Source of the DNA: Candidatus Thorarchaeota archaeon
GTDB lineage: Archaea > Asgardarchaeota > Thorarchaeia > Thorarchaeales > Thorarchaeaceae
DNA length: 64,000 bases
Direction of reading: 5' to 3'
Assembly: GCA_963726195.1 (NCBI GenBank)
Contig: CAVSBO010000003.1
Span: forward strand, 544,001 to 608,000
The notes under the pieces are model-generated. The model saw nothing but the letters and a program-made list of their open reading frames with translations, made no database searches and had not been told where the DNA came from. The first letter of the stretch is position 1; each line of letters starts with the position of its first letter. Position numbers and translations under genes: made by a program. Shown here one piece after another: positions 52,476 through 62,886 of the stretch.

Positions 52476-53102
52476 ATGTCCGACACCGAGCATACAACGA
52501 CACCCATCTGGGTAGCGCCCACGCCCCCGAATGTCGCAGGAAGCTCTCTCATAAACTTGGCCAACCTGCTTCTAAGAGAGACAAACAACCGGGTCACAAC
52601 GCTCCGACAATGCGATGGCCCGAATCCGGAGCTCTTCATCGTTTCAAGAGTAGATTGGAAGGATTCCGACCCAGAGAAGCCCATGCTGCCTCAGTTGCCA
52701 AAGATTCTTTCTCTGCTTGAGACTTTGCGTGAGACGAAAGGCGTGCCTCACGAGATATTCTTGGATAGTAATGATGGTGTCGCAGTCTACTTGCCAACTG
52801 GATCAAGGGTTTCTGACCTGCCGCGGAACCCAAAAGAAGCCCTTCGGGTTCTCATGGCTCTCGTCCATGACACCGTCGCGAATATGCTCTCAACAATGCA
52901 AGATGTAGAAAACTGCTTCTGGATTGCCGCTCGCAGAAAGGGGTTCAGCCCTGAGATAGTCCAGAGAATGGCACTGAAGGAGCAACACTACGACTCGCCT
53001 GCGCTGGTTAGGGAGTTTCATAGAATATTGAGGAAGTACTTCTCGATTCGTTTTCACATTCAGAGGAGCGAGTCATGCCTGTACGTTGAGGAGGAAGACT
53101 GA
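52476..53102 (+). CDS. Hypothetical protein
   Basis: GGAGG RBS; coupled to both neighbours. Confidence 0.75.
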   Translation: MSDTEHTTTPIWVAPTPPNVAGSSLINLANLLLRETNNRVTTLRQCDGPNPELFIVSRVDWKDSDPEKPMLPQLPKILSLLETLRETKGVPHEIFLDSNDGVAVYLPTGSRVSDLPRNPKEALRVLMALVHDTVANMLSTMQDVENCFWIAARRKGFSPEIVQRMALKEQHYDSPALVREFHRILRKYFSIRFHIQRSESCLYVEEED

Positions 53103-55058
53103 TGGCAACTGTGAACGGTCCTCTCCGATACTTTCCATATACGCCCAGGCCGTACCAGGACCGGGCCGTTGCATTCGCCGCTCAAGTATTCTCATCCAAA
53201 TCGGTGGGACTTCTCTCTGCAGATTGTGGAGTGGGAAAGACCATCGCATCTCTTTCAGGCTACCTCGCTGCGCGTGCAGACGATGGCGAATCAAGGTTGA
53301 TTGTTCTCACCCGGACACACTCACAAGCTCGCGTATTCGAGAATGAACTAGTGACACTAAGACGCCTTCTTCCTTCTCTGACTGCCACGACAATCCAGTC
53401 GAGGGTCCATACCTGTCCAATAAAGGAGCAGGTTGGGTCAGTGTCTCTCACGGGGTTCATGAGAGCATGTGCGAATCTGATCAGGACAGGCAATTGTACT
53501 CATTACTGGGCCTTCTACAGGAAAGGGGATGGTAGAACTCAGATAAGGGACGGGGTTCAGCACGAAGTAGACGACCTGCTCGACTCCGGTGTTGTCACCC
53601 GGGACATTGTCGATGATCGTGCACGTGACATGGCTGTTTGCCCATATGAACTGATGAAACATTGTGCTAGGGAGAGCCGCATCGTGATAGGCCCCTATAG
53701 CTACCTGTTTCGCGCCCGTGTACGTGATGCGACTCTCAGTTCGCTGGCTACGAGCCTAGAGAAGCTCGACGTCATAGTCGATGAAGCTCACAATCTTCCA
53801 GGTCATATTCTGGAATCAGAAGCGGCCAAATTGAGTTGGGACGATCTCAAATGGCTGAAAGAGAACTCTGCTGAAATTGCCAAGGATTCTAGCGTGAAGT
53901 GGTTGGCCCAAGCCACGAACTTCCTCTGGGAGACAGTGACGATTGCCCTTGACGGATTGAATTCACGCAATGAGAAGGTACTTGACAAATGGGACGTGGC
54001 TCCAAGGTTCGTGGACGAGAACGGCTTGCGGCTTGTGAGTGCGGCTGACACGCTACTTGGAGACCCGGATGCTCTGTCGACCGTTGAGACTCCCTTCGAC
54101 AGACTGATTGAGTTTCTACTCGCAGCATTACGGGCGGCGAAGAGCGACGACTGGCACATATCAGTCGAAACTCGAAAATCGTTTCAGGAAGAACAGAGCC
54201 ATCCGGCTTGCGAACTCGTGATCAGGCCGCTGAACTCTGCCGGTCTTGCCGCGCCCGTGTTGAGGGGTGCGCGTTCTGCCCTTCTAATATCCGGCACTCT
54301 GAGACCTCTCGAGTACTATGCGAGACAGCTAGGTATAGCCAAACCACTCTCAGAGGACCTAGCGAGTCCCTATCGACGTGGGACAAGACTCATACTGGTT
54401 GACAAGAGTGTGACTACCAAATATGAAGCTTAGAAACGATGAACTCTGGCGTCGAATGGCTCAACGAATCCAAACCGCTCTCTTGTCACTGCCCGCAAAC
54501 AAGAGCGCTCTCATAGCCTTCCCGAGTTATGCGATTCTGCATGAAGTCCTCAGCTATGGGATAGACACAGGATATCGGGGGACGATTGTAGAGAGTCCGC
54601 GAGAGCGAATAGAGAACCTTGTGGAAGCAATCCTTGAAGGTCCAAAGGCCGTTTTTTGCGTCTATGGCGGGAAGTTCAGCGAGGGCGTGGATTTGGCTCG
54701 AGACGGTTCGAGCCTACTCGAAATGATAGTCGGTGTGGGGTTACCGTTTACGCCACCTAGTAGCTACTTGGAGGCACAGCGGAATTGGCTCGACGCAAGA
54801 TTCGGTGAGGGCACGGGGTACTTCTATGGCTCAGTCATTCCGTCCGTAAGGCAGGTTCTGCAGCTGATTGGCCGATTGAGAAGATCGCCGGAGGATTCAG
54901 GCGTAGTAATCCTACTTGACAATCGTTTCCTAAGGTACACATCTGTCTTGGGCGAGGACATGGTATCTGACATCTGGCCATTTGCAGACCTCGAAGAAAT
55001 GAGACTAGCTATTTCTGAGTTCCAGAGACAGAGGGAGGTATGCACGATTGCGTCTTGA
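53102..55058 (+). CDS. xpd: XPD/Rad3/DinG Fe-S DNA helicase (frameshift ~54427)
   Basis: RPYQ, ADCGVGKT, TRTHSQ, four Fe-S Cys, DEAH, SGTL, FPSY, GKFSEGVD, QLIGRLRR. Confidence 0.9.
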
Positions 55059-55650
55059 TTCAGTTCGAAATGAGTGGGTCCTGCTGTCGGTGCTACTCTT
55101 GTTTTGGTCCTACAAGTCAGTCACAGAGACTGGCATTCCCATCTCGGAACTAGTGTGGCTTGCCGGTCTAACAATCACAGTGGCAATCATGGTGATTCTC
55201 AAAGGGACGAACCGGAAACCACTCGTTTTGTGGAACGACCCCGATGGAATCCTGATGCTGGTGAGACCTTGGAGAGTAGAAGCATGCGCCGCCAGACTGA
55301 TGACAAGCGTCCCGTTGGGAATAGACCTCACTCGTTCTGCCTGGCGGGTATTGCAGTCAATGCATCCCGCAATGTCGGATGGCAGGAGTCGTTCACTGAG
55401 ATTCTTTGTTTGCAGGCCTCTAGGACAAGGGCCTTCACGTGTTGGCATCATCGTGGCGCGATCAAGATTCAGAATCGGTAACAGTGGAAGAAGGAGCGCG
55501 GCACTTTCGGATAGTGTTCTGCAAGATGCGAGAATCCTTGAGGGTGCAATGAAGGCAGCTTATCCACATATGCCCATCGAGAAAGCCGGCTTGCCCGATA
55601 TCATGATGGTTGTCCAAGGAGGAGTCCAATCCGTTGCAGAGCTCGAGTAG
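55048..55650 (+). CDS. Membrane protein (2 N-terminal TM + soluble domain)
   Basis: Two hydrophobic helices; LEGAMKAAYP segment resembles LESALKAAVP in the ATPase-like gene. Confidence 0.7.
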   Translation: MRLDSVRNEWVLLSVLLLFWSYKSVTETGIPISELVWLAGLTITVAIMVILKGTNRKPLVLWNDPDGILMLVRPWRVEACAARLMTSVPLGIDLTRSAWRVLQSMHPAMSDGRSRSLRFFVCRPLGQGPSRVGIIVARSRFRIGNSGRRSAALSDSVLQDARILEGAMKAAYPHMPIEKAGLPDIMMVVQGGVQSVAELE

Positions 55651-55942
55651 TCAGAGAACCGGGTTGACCCTGCCTCACAACGTGAAACCCGAGGCATTGA
55701 TGGATGCCCTCACAAAAGGTCATGGGTATCAATGGATTACCCTCGCAAGGCGGCCCGTCCTGTTAGTGTACGGTGAAGCGACTTCTCAAGAAATGCCCCA
55801 GCTTCTCTTTACGGGAAACACCACGCTCGTTGTTTCGAGTGCTGACCCAGCTTATGTGGAGCGTCTAAGAAGAATGCTGCAAGTACTCGAGCAGCAGGAA
55901 GAGAAGCAGTTCCTAGCACAGGAGGCCAAGAGCGGTGAGTAA
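55634..55942 (+). CDS. Small hypothetical protein
   Basis: GGAGG RBS + TTG; overlaps both neighbours. Confidence 0.6.
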   Translation: MQSSSSQRTGLTLPHNVKPEALMDALTKGHGYQWITLARRPVLLVYGEATSQEMPQLLFTGNTTLVVSSADPAYVERLRRMLQVLEQQEEKQFLAQEAKSGE

Positions 55943-58271
55943 AGGGTTAGTGGTGGGTCCCAAGCCCGAATATGACCCCTTTGGCGAAAGGACACAGTCT
56001 CCACAGGAGACATCTCCAACCGGAGAAATCAGGTGGGACAACAGAACTGCAGGCAGGTCCTTCAGACAATTAGGTGCAATGGGAATACTCATAGCTGTGC
56101 TTGGCACCGCATATCCTGAAGGTCTTCTCATTGGAACCGCGGCGATTCTCGCAGGCATCTTCTTACTATCTCGATTGAACGGACCTATGAAGATCGATGG
56201 CTGGATAACGTTGCAGCAGGGCGACGTTAGTCTTTCTTCGTCTGCTGGCAACCTTGAAGTCACCGATGTGAGGGGACGCAAGTATGCTGTCGGCATGACC
56301 TTGGACTCTGCTGGTGTCCACCTACTCGGAGACATGGGAGCACTCGTGCGGGCCGCGGACGACTCTAGCGGACTGTGTCTGTTGGTGAGTTTGAAGCCGA
56401 AAGATGGCAAAGCAATCCTGCAGGAAGACAAGATTAGCAGGTCCACTTGCAGGTTCTTGAATTCTCTTTCTGAAGAGGCGCTCAAGGGGTACTTCGATTC
56501 TCGTGGGGGTCTGTGGGCAGTCCATGCGACACTTATCGGATACGCAAGAGAACAAATCGGATTGCCTGTTCTTGAGTCCGCTTTGAAAGCGGCTGTGCCC
56601 GACCGCGGCTGGCAGACCATGAAGCCATTCGAATTACGTTCGCACATTGAAGAGGATGATGTCGTCGCCGACAATTCATCTTTCTATGGGACCGGGGAGG
56701 AGTTGTCCAAATGGCTGGTCCAGATGGCGACAGAACTATCGTCAGAAGTGGGCACAAACGTCCCGGCGGAATTCGTTGCGCCAATCAGAGAAAGAGAAGC
56801 AGACTACAAGCTAGGGTTCGTAATCAATCCTGAGACATTGCGGCTAGGTCCTCGAGTTGGGCTGTCCCACGGGGATCTCCTAGGCGGACTGATGGTTTGC
56901 GGGGGAACCCAGCCCGAAAGAGGGCTTGTATTGTCCCTTCTCACGGCGGAACTCCTGCAATCAGGCAAGAGAATCATCCTTGTGACCAATGACCGTGGCA
57001 CATTATCCTTGACAGGTCTGTGTGATGGCGCAGTCGGCCTTGAGCTTGGAAAGGACTTGGTGTTGAATCCTGCAGACCCAGAAGGAATGCAGAGAACAGA
57101 GTACGTGCCGCAGCTCATCGCGGCGCTCGAAGTGCTGTGTGGCACTGAGCTACGAACTGCAGTCGAGCTTGAGATTGCCGTCAACAGGGCGGCGAGTCTA
57201 GGAAACGGAACTGTGGCCGACATTGCGATGGCTGATTCCGCGGCAATGGGCACGACCACTGAGACTGATGCTTCGATTGGGACCACTGTGTCGAAGGCAT
57301 CACTGCTCGGCTTTGATGCTGTCCGCTCATTGCGTCAAGGCTCAGGGGCCAATGCATTCTATGGCACACAGACTGTATCGCTCCAGACGATGGCTCAAAC
57401 ACCCCTAGTTGTCATCGTGATGTCCCTGGAATCTTCGGCACTTCAGAGATTCGCTTGGGACCTGTTGTCAATAAAGGTCAGTGGAATGAAACCAGACTCC
57501 GATTTGGTTGTCATCCTTGATAACCCAGAGAACCTGCGAGTCAGGAATAGACCATTTGGAAATCGTGATGTTCGAAGCGAGAACATAATTCGCAAGCTGA
57601 TAATCAGAGGACCATTACTTGTTGCTTTGGACCATCCTGCTGACATGGCCGTCGGAGCCATCGGCAACCTTTCTTCATGTCTATCACTTCGACTCCGCGA
57701 TAGTGCAGACCTGAAAGTTGCTTCCGATCTTTTGGGTCTTGGAGTCATCGCCACGGGACTACACAGCAAGGCCAGACAATCATCCAGAGAGACATCCTTC
57801 CTGCGTGTCATGCCGCCGGACGTGGCGGTTCTGTCACGCGGCAGATCGGAGATTGGTATCCCAATTAGGTTGGACAAGACACCAACATCCCTCGGAACAC
57901 CTCCTCCACAGGAATTGTCGCGCAGGATATCTCGGTTTTCGCCGAGCTCCAAGGACAAAGAGACTCAGGCCAAGACTCTGCTTGAACAAGTCGCAGGCGG
58001 AGACACGGAGTTGGCCCGGAGTGTCCTCCGTTTGTTGATGAGGTACGAGCCTCTCACTGAGGAGGCCGTTCGGAAATTCATTAGGTCGGACAAGCGTCAT
58101 GAGAATGCGGACGTCGAGGGAATCTTGGCCCGCTTGGAAAGGGCGAACATGATTCTTCGTGGGCACGAAGTGCACGGCGGTGTATCTTACACTAACTTCC
58201 GTGTTACGATGAAAGGAACAATGGCAATGCGGCAAGAAGTCCCAGAAGGTGGTCGCGATGTTGGTCACTGA
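55935..58271 (+). CDS. Membrane-anchored HerA/VirB4/FtsK-fold pseudo-ATPase with C-terminal winged helix
   Basis: 2 TM; fold-level matches LMVCGGTQPERG (Walker A site), VVILDNPENL (Walker B site), LVALDHPAD, NLSSCLSLRL..DL..LLG, LRVMPPDVA. Confidence 0.7.
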   Translation: MSKGLVVGPKPEYDPFGERTQSPQETSPTGEIRWDNRTAGRSFRQLGAMGILIAVLGTAYPEGLLIGTAAILAGIFLLSRLNGPMKIDGWITLQQGDVSLSSSAGNLEVTDVRGRKYAVGMTLDSAGVHLLGDMGALVRAADDSSGLCLLVSLKPKDGKAILQEDKISRSTCRFLNSLSEEALKGYFDSRGGLWAVHATLIGYAREQIGLPVLESALKAAVPDRGWQTMKPFELRSHIEEDDVVADNSSFYGTGEELSKWLVQMATELSSEVGTNVPAEFVAPIREREADYKLGFVINPETLRLGPRVGLSHGDLLGGLMVCGGTQPERGLVLSLLTAELLQSGKRIILVTNDRGTLSLTGLCDGAVGLELGKDLVLNPADPEGMQRTEYVPQLIAALEVLCGTELRTAVELEIAVNRAASLGNGTVADIAMADSAAMGTTTETDASIGTTVSKASLLGFDAVRSLRQGSGANAFYGTQTVSLQTMAQTPLVVIVMSLESSALQRFAWDLLSIKVSGMKPDSDLVVILDNPENLRVRNRPFGNRDVRSENIIRKLIIRGPLLVALDHPADMAVGAIGNLSSCLSLRLRDSADLKVASDLLGLGVIATGLHSKARQSSRETSFLRVMPPDVAVLSRGRSEIGIPIRLDKTPTSLGTPPPQELSRRISRFSPSSKDKETQAKTLLEQVAGGDTELARSVLRLLMRYEPLTEEAVRKFIRSDKRHENADVEGILARLERANMILRGHEVHGGVSYTNFRVTMKGTMAMRQEVPEGGRDVGH

Positions 58272-60463
58272 GACTGACATACCAAGCTACGTTCAGAAAG
58301 TGCTTGGTGGCATCGGCCTAGCACCGCGGGGCGTCCAAAAGGCGGCCATTGACAACGGGTTGCTCGAAGGAAAGAGCATCATGGTATGCAGTCCGACTGG
58401 TTCAGGCAAGACTCTCGTTGGCGAAATGGGTGTTCTTCGAGCTGTGGTTTCTGGTCGAAAGGGGCTGTATATGGTACCACTTCGGGCTCTTGCGCTTCAG
58501 GTCGCATCGATATTCAGAGAGAGGTACGGAAGAATCGGCATCAGAGTCGGAATGAGCACTGGAGACTATCAGACCGACGGATCGGAGTTGGCAGAATGTG
58601 ACGTTGTTGTTACAACATATGAAAGAGCCGACTCTCTCCTGAGGCATCAAGCGTCTTGGATAACCGAGATAGGCACGATCGTGATTGACGAGGTTCAGAG
58701 TATTTCAGAACCAAGAAGAGGAGCCCGCCTCGAGAGCACGATTATTCGATTCAACCGGCTTGTCGACGACCTACAAATCATAGCTCTCTCGGCTACGATA
58801 GCAGCTCCCGATGAACTGGCAGAATGGCTTCGATGCGATCTTATCGAGAGTGACGAGAGGCCCGTTCCGCTCCACTGCAAAGTCCTATGCTGCAATAGCA
58901 AACAGGGAATGGTCAAGGACCTAGTTATGACTACTGTGCAAGGGAACGGACAAGCAATCGTTTTCCATCGAACCCGAAGAGAAGCTGAAGTTGAGGCGTT
59001 CCGTCTAGCGTCAGATGTAGGCCGTCAGACTCACAATAGCAGAGAGGAACCGCCTCGACACCGAGCTGGAGTCTCTCGAGAACTGGGCAGTCAGAGTACC
59101 GTCGGAATTGAAGACTGTGATGCACGATGGTACCGGCTTCCACCATGCGGGTCTCAACGCTAGAGTCCGTGATGTTGTTGAACGGCTGTTTCGCACCGGG
59201 CTCATTAGGGTGGTTTGTGCCACAACAACTCTCGCCGCCGGCATGGACCTGCCAGCTCGCACAGTCATAGTCACATCAGTGATTTCGCCTGAGAACAACG
59301 GAGAACTCCTAAACGCCAATAGGGTGCACCAGATGCTCGGCAGAGCAGGACGCCCGAGCCATGACAAGATTGGAGTCGGCATCATACTTGCAGGAAGCGA
59401 GGGCGAAGCTGACGAGCTTGAAGTGAGGTACTTTGAAGACAGAACTGGAGAAGCTGCCGAAGAAGTTCTAATCCCGAAGTATGACAGAGCCAGAAGTGTC
59501 CTAGGTTCTCCGAGTTCGACCACTGAGCAGCTTTTGGTTGCCCTCGATGCAATGGGAGAAGCGTCACTGCAGGAAGTCGAGGACGGAATAATGAGCCAGT
59601 CATTCTTGACGTATTGCGGTATTAGGGACACCCATTCTCCCGCGCGCCTGATCAATCTCGGGGAAATTACGGCTCAGGCCGCAATTGAACACCATGCTCT
59701 GCCCGATTCGCTTCGTGCAGCCAGACAGAAGCTGCTGGGTGCTGTGACTTTCAGAGAGAAGGACGAGACCGCCATAGGTGCCATAGTCACGGACTGGGAC
59801 CGCACTCAATACACATGTCGGTATTCCACTCGGCTATCAAGCAGTGGACTTGTGGATGGCCCACAATGCTCCTGCGGCCGGCCCATTGACCCCCAAGGCA
59901 TACTCTGTACGCACCTGCTTGTGTTGGGTCTGTCAGCGGCCGCGGAGCTGGGTAGCTTGGCAGACTATGTCATTCCCTTGTCTCTCAGCGAATCAAGTCC
60001 ACTTGGTGTCTTGACCAAGCTCGGACTAGTGGAGGGCGCGGAAGAGGGAAAGCTTAGGCCAACTAAGCTTGGGCGTTTGGTCAACCGGTTGTATCTAGGT
60101 CTGCCAACAGCCAGGGAAATGATTGCCCTTCTGCCTACAGTGGAGGACAGTACTTCCCTGCTCTGGCTCGTCAGGCACTTGGTTTCACTGGAAACGGGCA
60201 TGGCGCTAACCGAGCAATTCGAACAGCTAATCGCTGCATTAGCGTCTACTGACACAACAATCGCGGATTTGGCAAGGATTGCGGAACTTCACGAAGGAGA
60301 CGTATACGGTCTCATAGAGACAGTGCGATGGTTGCTGCATTCCATTGACGCCGTTGCGGCCCTCGGTGGATTGTCGAATGTCTGCGGAATGACAACCCGG
60401 TTGTCAGATGCTATCGAATCTAGAATGAAAAAGGGTGAATCCAATGACAACAACGGAAGCTGA
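58258..60463 (+). CDS. Hel308/Ski2-like SF2 helicase with SWIM Zn finger (frameshift ~59029)
   Basis: SPTGSGKT, PLRALA, TTYE, DEVQ, LSAT, FHHAGL, TTTLAAGMDLPA, QMLGRAGRP; CSC..LCTH. Confidence 0.9.
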
Positions 60464-62219
60464 CACACCAATGGATATTCCCGAGAAGACCAAGCAATCT
60501 CCTGGAACAGCCAATCAAACGGCAGCGCAGGAAGAGACCAGACGAGAAGCCAGTGACATCACTGCCATCCTAAAGAGCTCGGGTCACAGGGTTCATGTCT
60601 ACTCAAATGGGATCATACTAGGAGTCCGACTAGAGGCAATTCCCGGGACCCACAGCGTGCATGTTGACATCGCGCACGTGGTTGACCTGCGTTCAGGGAA
60701 AGTCTGGAAGACCACTACCGCTATGATGGCTGCGGTATTGGGACTTGTTAACAAATCGCTCCAAAGCATTCTCGAGGACATCGGTCTTGAGGAATCGCTG
60801 AAAGAGAAGCTATTGACTATGCCTTGGGGTCGAATTCGCCTGTCCACGCTTTTGGCACAATCAGGGAAGACCTCCTCGATAGCAATTGAGACGAGATGGG
60901 CGTATGTTATCTACAACGAAGTCCGACCCAAAGCAGACCTTTCCTGGCTGACAGATACAAAGAGAGTACTGAGTATCACCGACTTTGCTCTTTCGCGCCA
61001 GAGCGACATAAGGGCGTCAGCTGCGAAGCTGAGAACCATAATAGCCACTAACAAGACCAGCATGATTCGGGGTGCTGTGGGAAACGGGTGGTATGGCGTG
61101 CTAGCCCTTGTCGCCTCATTGGGTGGACTGATGACTGCCTCAGCGGTCGGCCTAACGCATCCAACCGGAATGGCCATTCCGCTCGTCTTTGCAGGAGTGG
61201 CGGGAGCCGTTGCCATCGACCTTCTATTCACATCAAGAAAGAGGTTCAAAAAACTCGTAAGCGTATTGAAGACCGAGAACCTACGTGCGTCTGAAGTGGG
61301 AGACTCTGTCAGAGCCAAGGAATCGGCTGCAAAGAACCGAGATCTGCTAGAGCTATTGGAAGACCTCACTTTCGTGGTTTCTCCCCTGATGGTGATGGCG
61401 GCTGAAGCACTGCAAGCAGGAGAAGTTGACCGCGCTGTTTCGTCAGCCTCTTGCGTTCTGGATGAGTGTGTACGGCTCGCGCCTTACTCTGGAGACAACG
61501 TGGAACCTATCCTTGGGAGAACAGACGAAGGCCTGAGGAGGTTTCTCGGATTCATGAAACGTCTCGGGGCCACATCAGAAGAAGAGACCTTGGCGGTTGC
61601 CTACGTGGGACTCACGGGACATCTATCGAGTCCGATTGGATTCAGTGAGGTTGTCGCCCACATGACATCACTGACCAATGCGCTCTATGATGTTGGAGTG
61701 CTCAGCCAAGAAGCAAAGGACAAACTCGACAACGTCATGAACACGTGGGCCATGAAGAAGTACGCTGGTGAACTTGAAAATAGCCTTCGAGAACCAGATG
61801 AACCCGAGCCGGTTCCATCTTCGACGCGGGCAGAAGTAGGGACTCAACCAGAACTCACCCACCCTGTGGCGCGCAAGAGGCAAACCGACAGACAAGGTGA
61901 TGTCAAACAGACGTTTGGGCTCATCCGTGATTCTACAACCACTCCTGAAGACTCGCCGCCCATAGAGAAAGTGAAAACACCTGTTGTGTTGCCGATGCAG
62001 GAGTCGCTTGACAGAGCGGATCCTATGAAGTCTACCGGCCGCGACGACCGAGGTCCATCTGAGAAGGGAGGCGAAGTTGTCAAGGTTACGATTCGCAAGA
62101 GAGACAACAGGATTACTCAACTGCAGAGTCAGAAGCCTCTCGCAGAGGCTGTGGTCGGACAGCCTGCCAGCGGACATGCCGCGAAAGGAGAAGAAAGCAA
62201 TGAGGACCCAGACGTGTAG
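60444..62219 (+). CDS. Membrane protein (central TM hairpin, helical domain, disordered tail)
   Basis: GGTGA RBS; two hydrophobic helices near aa 215-265; low-complexity C-terminus. Confidence 0.75.
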   Translation: MTTTEADTPMDIPEKTKQSPGTANQTAAQEETRREASDITAILKSSGHRVHVYSNGIILGVRLEAIPGTHSVHVDIAHVVDLRSGKVWKTTTAMMAAVLGLVNKSLQSILEDIGLEESLKEKLLTMPWGRIRLSTLLAQSGKTSSIAIETRWAYVIYNEVRPKADLSWLTDTKRVLSITDFALSRQSDIRASAAKLRTIIATNKTSMIRGAVGNGWYGVLALVASLGGLMTASAVGLTHPTGMAIPLVFAGVAGAVAIDLLFTSRKRFKKLVSVLKTENLRASEVGDSVRAKESAAKNRDLLELLEDLTFVVSPLMVMAAEALQAGEVDRAVSSASCVLDECVRLAPYSGDNVEPILGRTDEGLRRFLGFMKRLGATSEEETLAVAYVGLTGHLSSPIGFSEVVAHMTSLTNALYDVGVLSQEAKDKLDNVMNTWAMKKYAGELENSLREPDEPEPVPSSTRAEVGTQPELTHPVARKRQTDRQGDVKQTFGLIRDSTTTPEDSPPIEKVKTPVVLPMQESLDRADPMKSTGRDDRGPSEKGGEVVKVTIRKRDNRITQLQSQKPLAEAVVGQPASGHAAKGEESNEDPDV

Positions 62220-62883
62220 TCATTCCTTTCCGACCTTATTGAAAATCACAGGGCTGGTCCATGTTTGGGGTCCTGCAGGTGCTGGCAAGAGCCTGCTCGC
62301 CATCGCAATTGCGGCCGAGGCATCTCTCGACTCTCGTGTCGAGTGGATCAGCACAGATGGCAAATCATCTTTCATATCTCATCTGAAAAGAAACGTGCAA
62401 CACCGTGGGAGTGCTGCCAATGTTTTCGTCACAATGACGCACAACCACAATGAGGTGCGGCAGACCATTCTCGACCTTGTCACCTCTCTTGAAGGCATGA
62501 GTGCGTTGATTGTGGTCGACCCCTTGACACGTGTCGTGGACATGGCACGTTCCGAGCCTGTAATGTGGGGCCAAGAACTCATCGAAGAAGCCTTGCCAAC
62601 TCTAGCAGCCCTCGCAGCTGGCGGATCAATTGTGCTTGTTACGAGCGAGTGCAGGTCACTTGAGGAAGGAGAGAAGACGCCTGTTCATCACAAGACCATC
62701 AGACGCTGGGCGGACAACGAAATCCTCGTGCAGAGGGAAAAGGCCAGCATGTACTCGACAATCACCAGCATTGATCCGAAGTCTGGTGCACAGAAAGAAG
62801 TCGGCCGACTAAGACTCCTGGAAACAGGATTGATTGAGATTAGTATCTGTCAGCCCGGGTCAGAAACAAGGAGGAGCACTTAG
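62200..62883 (+). CDS. RadB-like RecA-family ATPase
   Basis: HVWGPAGAGKS, WISTD, LIVVD, VLVTSE. Confidence 0.8.
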   Translation: MRTQTCSHSFPTLLKITGLVHVWGPAGAGKSLLAIAIAAEASLDSRVEWISTDGKSSFISHLKRNVQHRGSAANVFVTMTHNHNEVRQTILDLVTSLEGMSALIVVDPLTRVVDMARSEPVMWGQELIEEALPTLAALAAGGSIVLVTSECRSLEEGEKTPVHHKTIRRWADNEILVQREKASMYSTITSIDPKSGAQKEVGRLRLLETGLIEISICQPGSETRRST

Positions 62884-62886
62884 GAC

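Noticed and set aside
54420-54435. Programmed frameshifting in XPD, Hel308-like or AOR genes
   Set aside because: No canonical slippery heptamers; same pattern as the window-wide indel errors.
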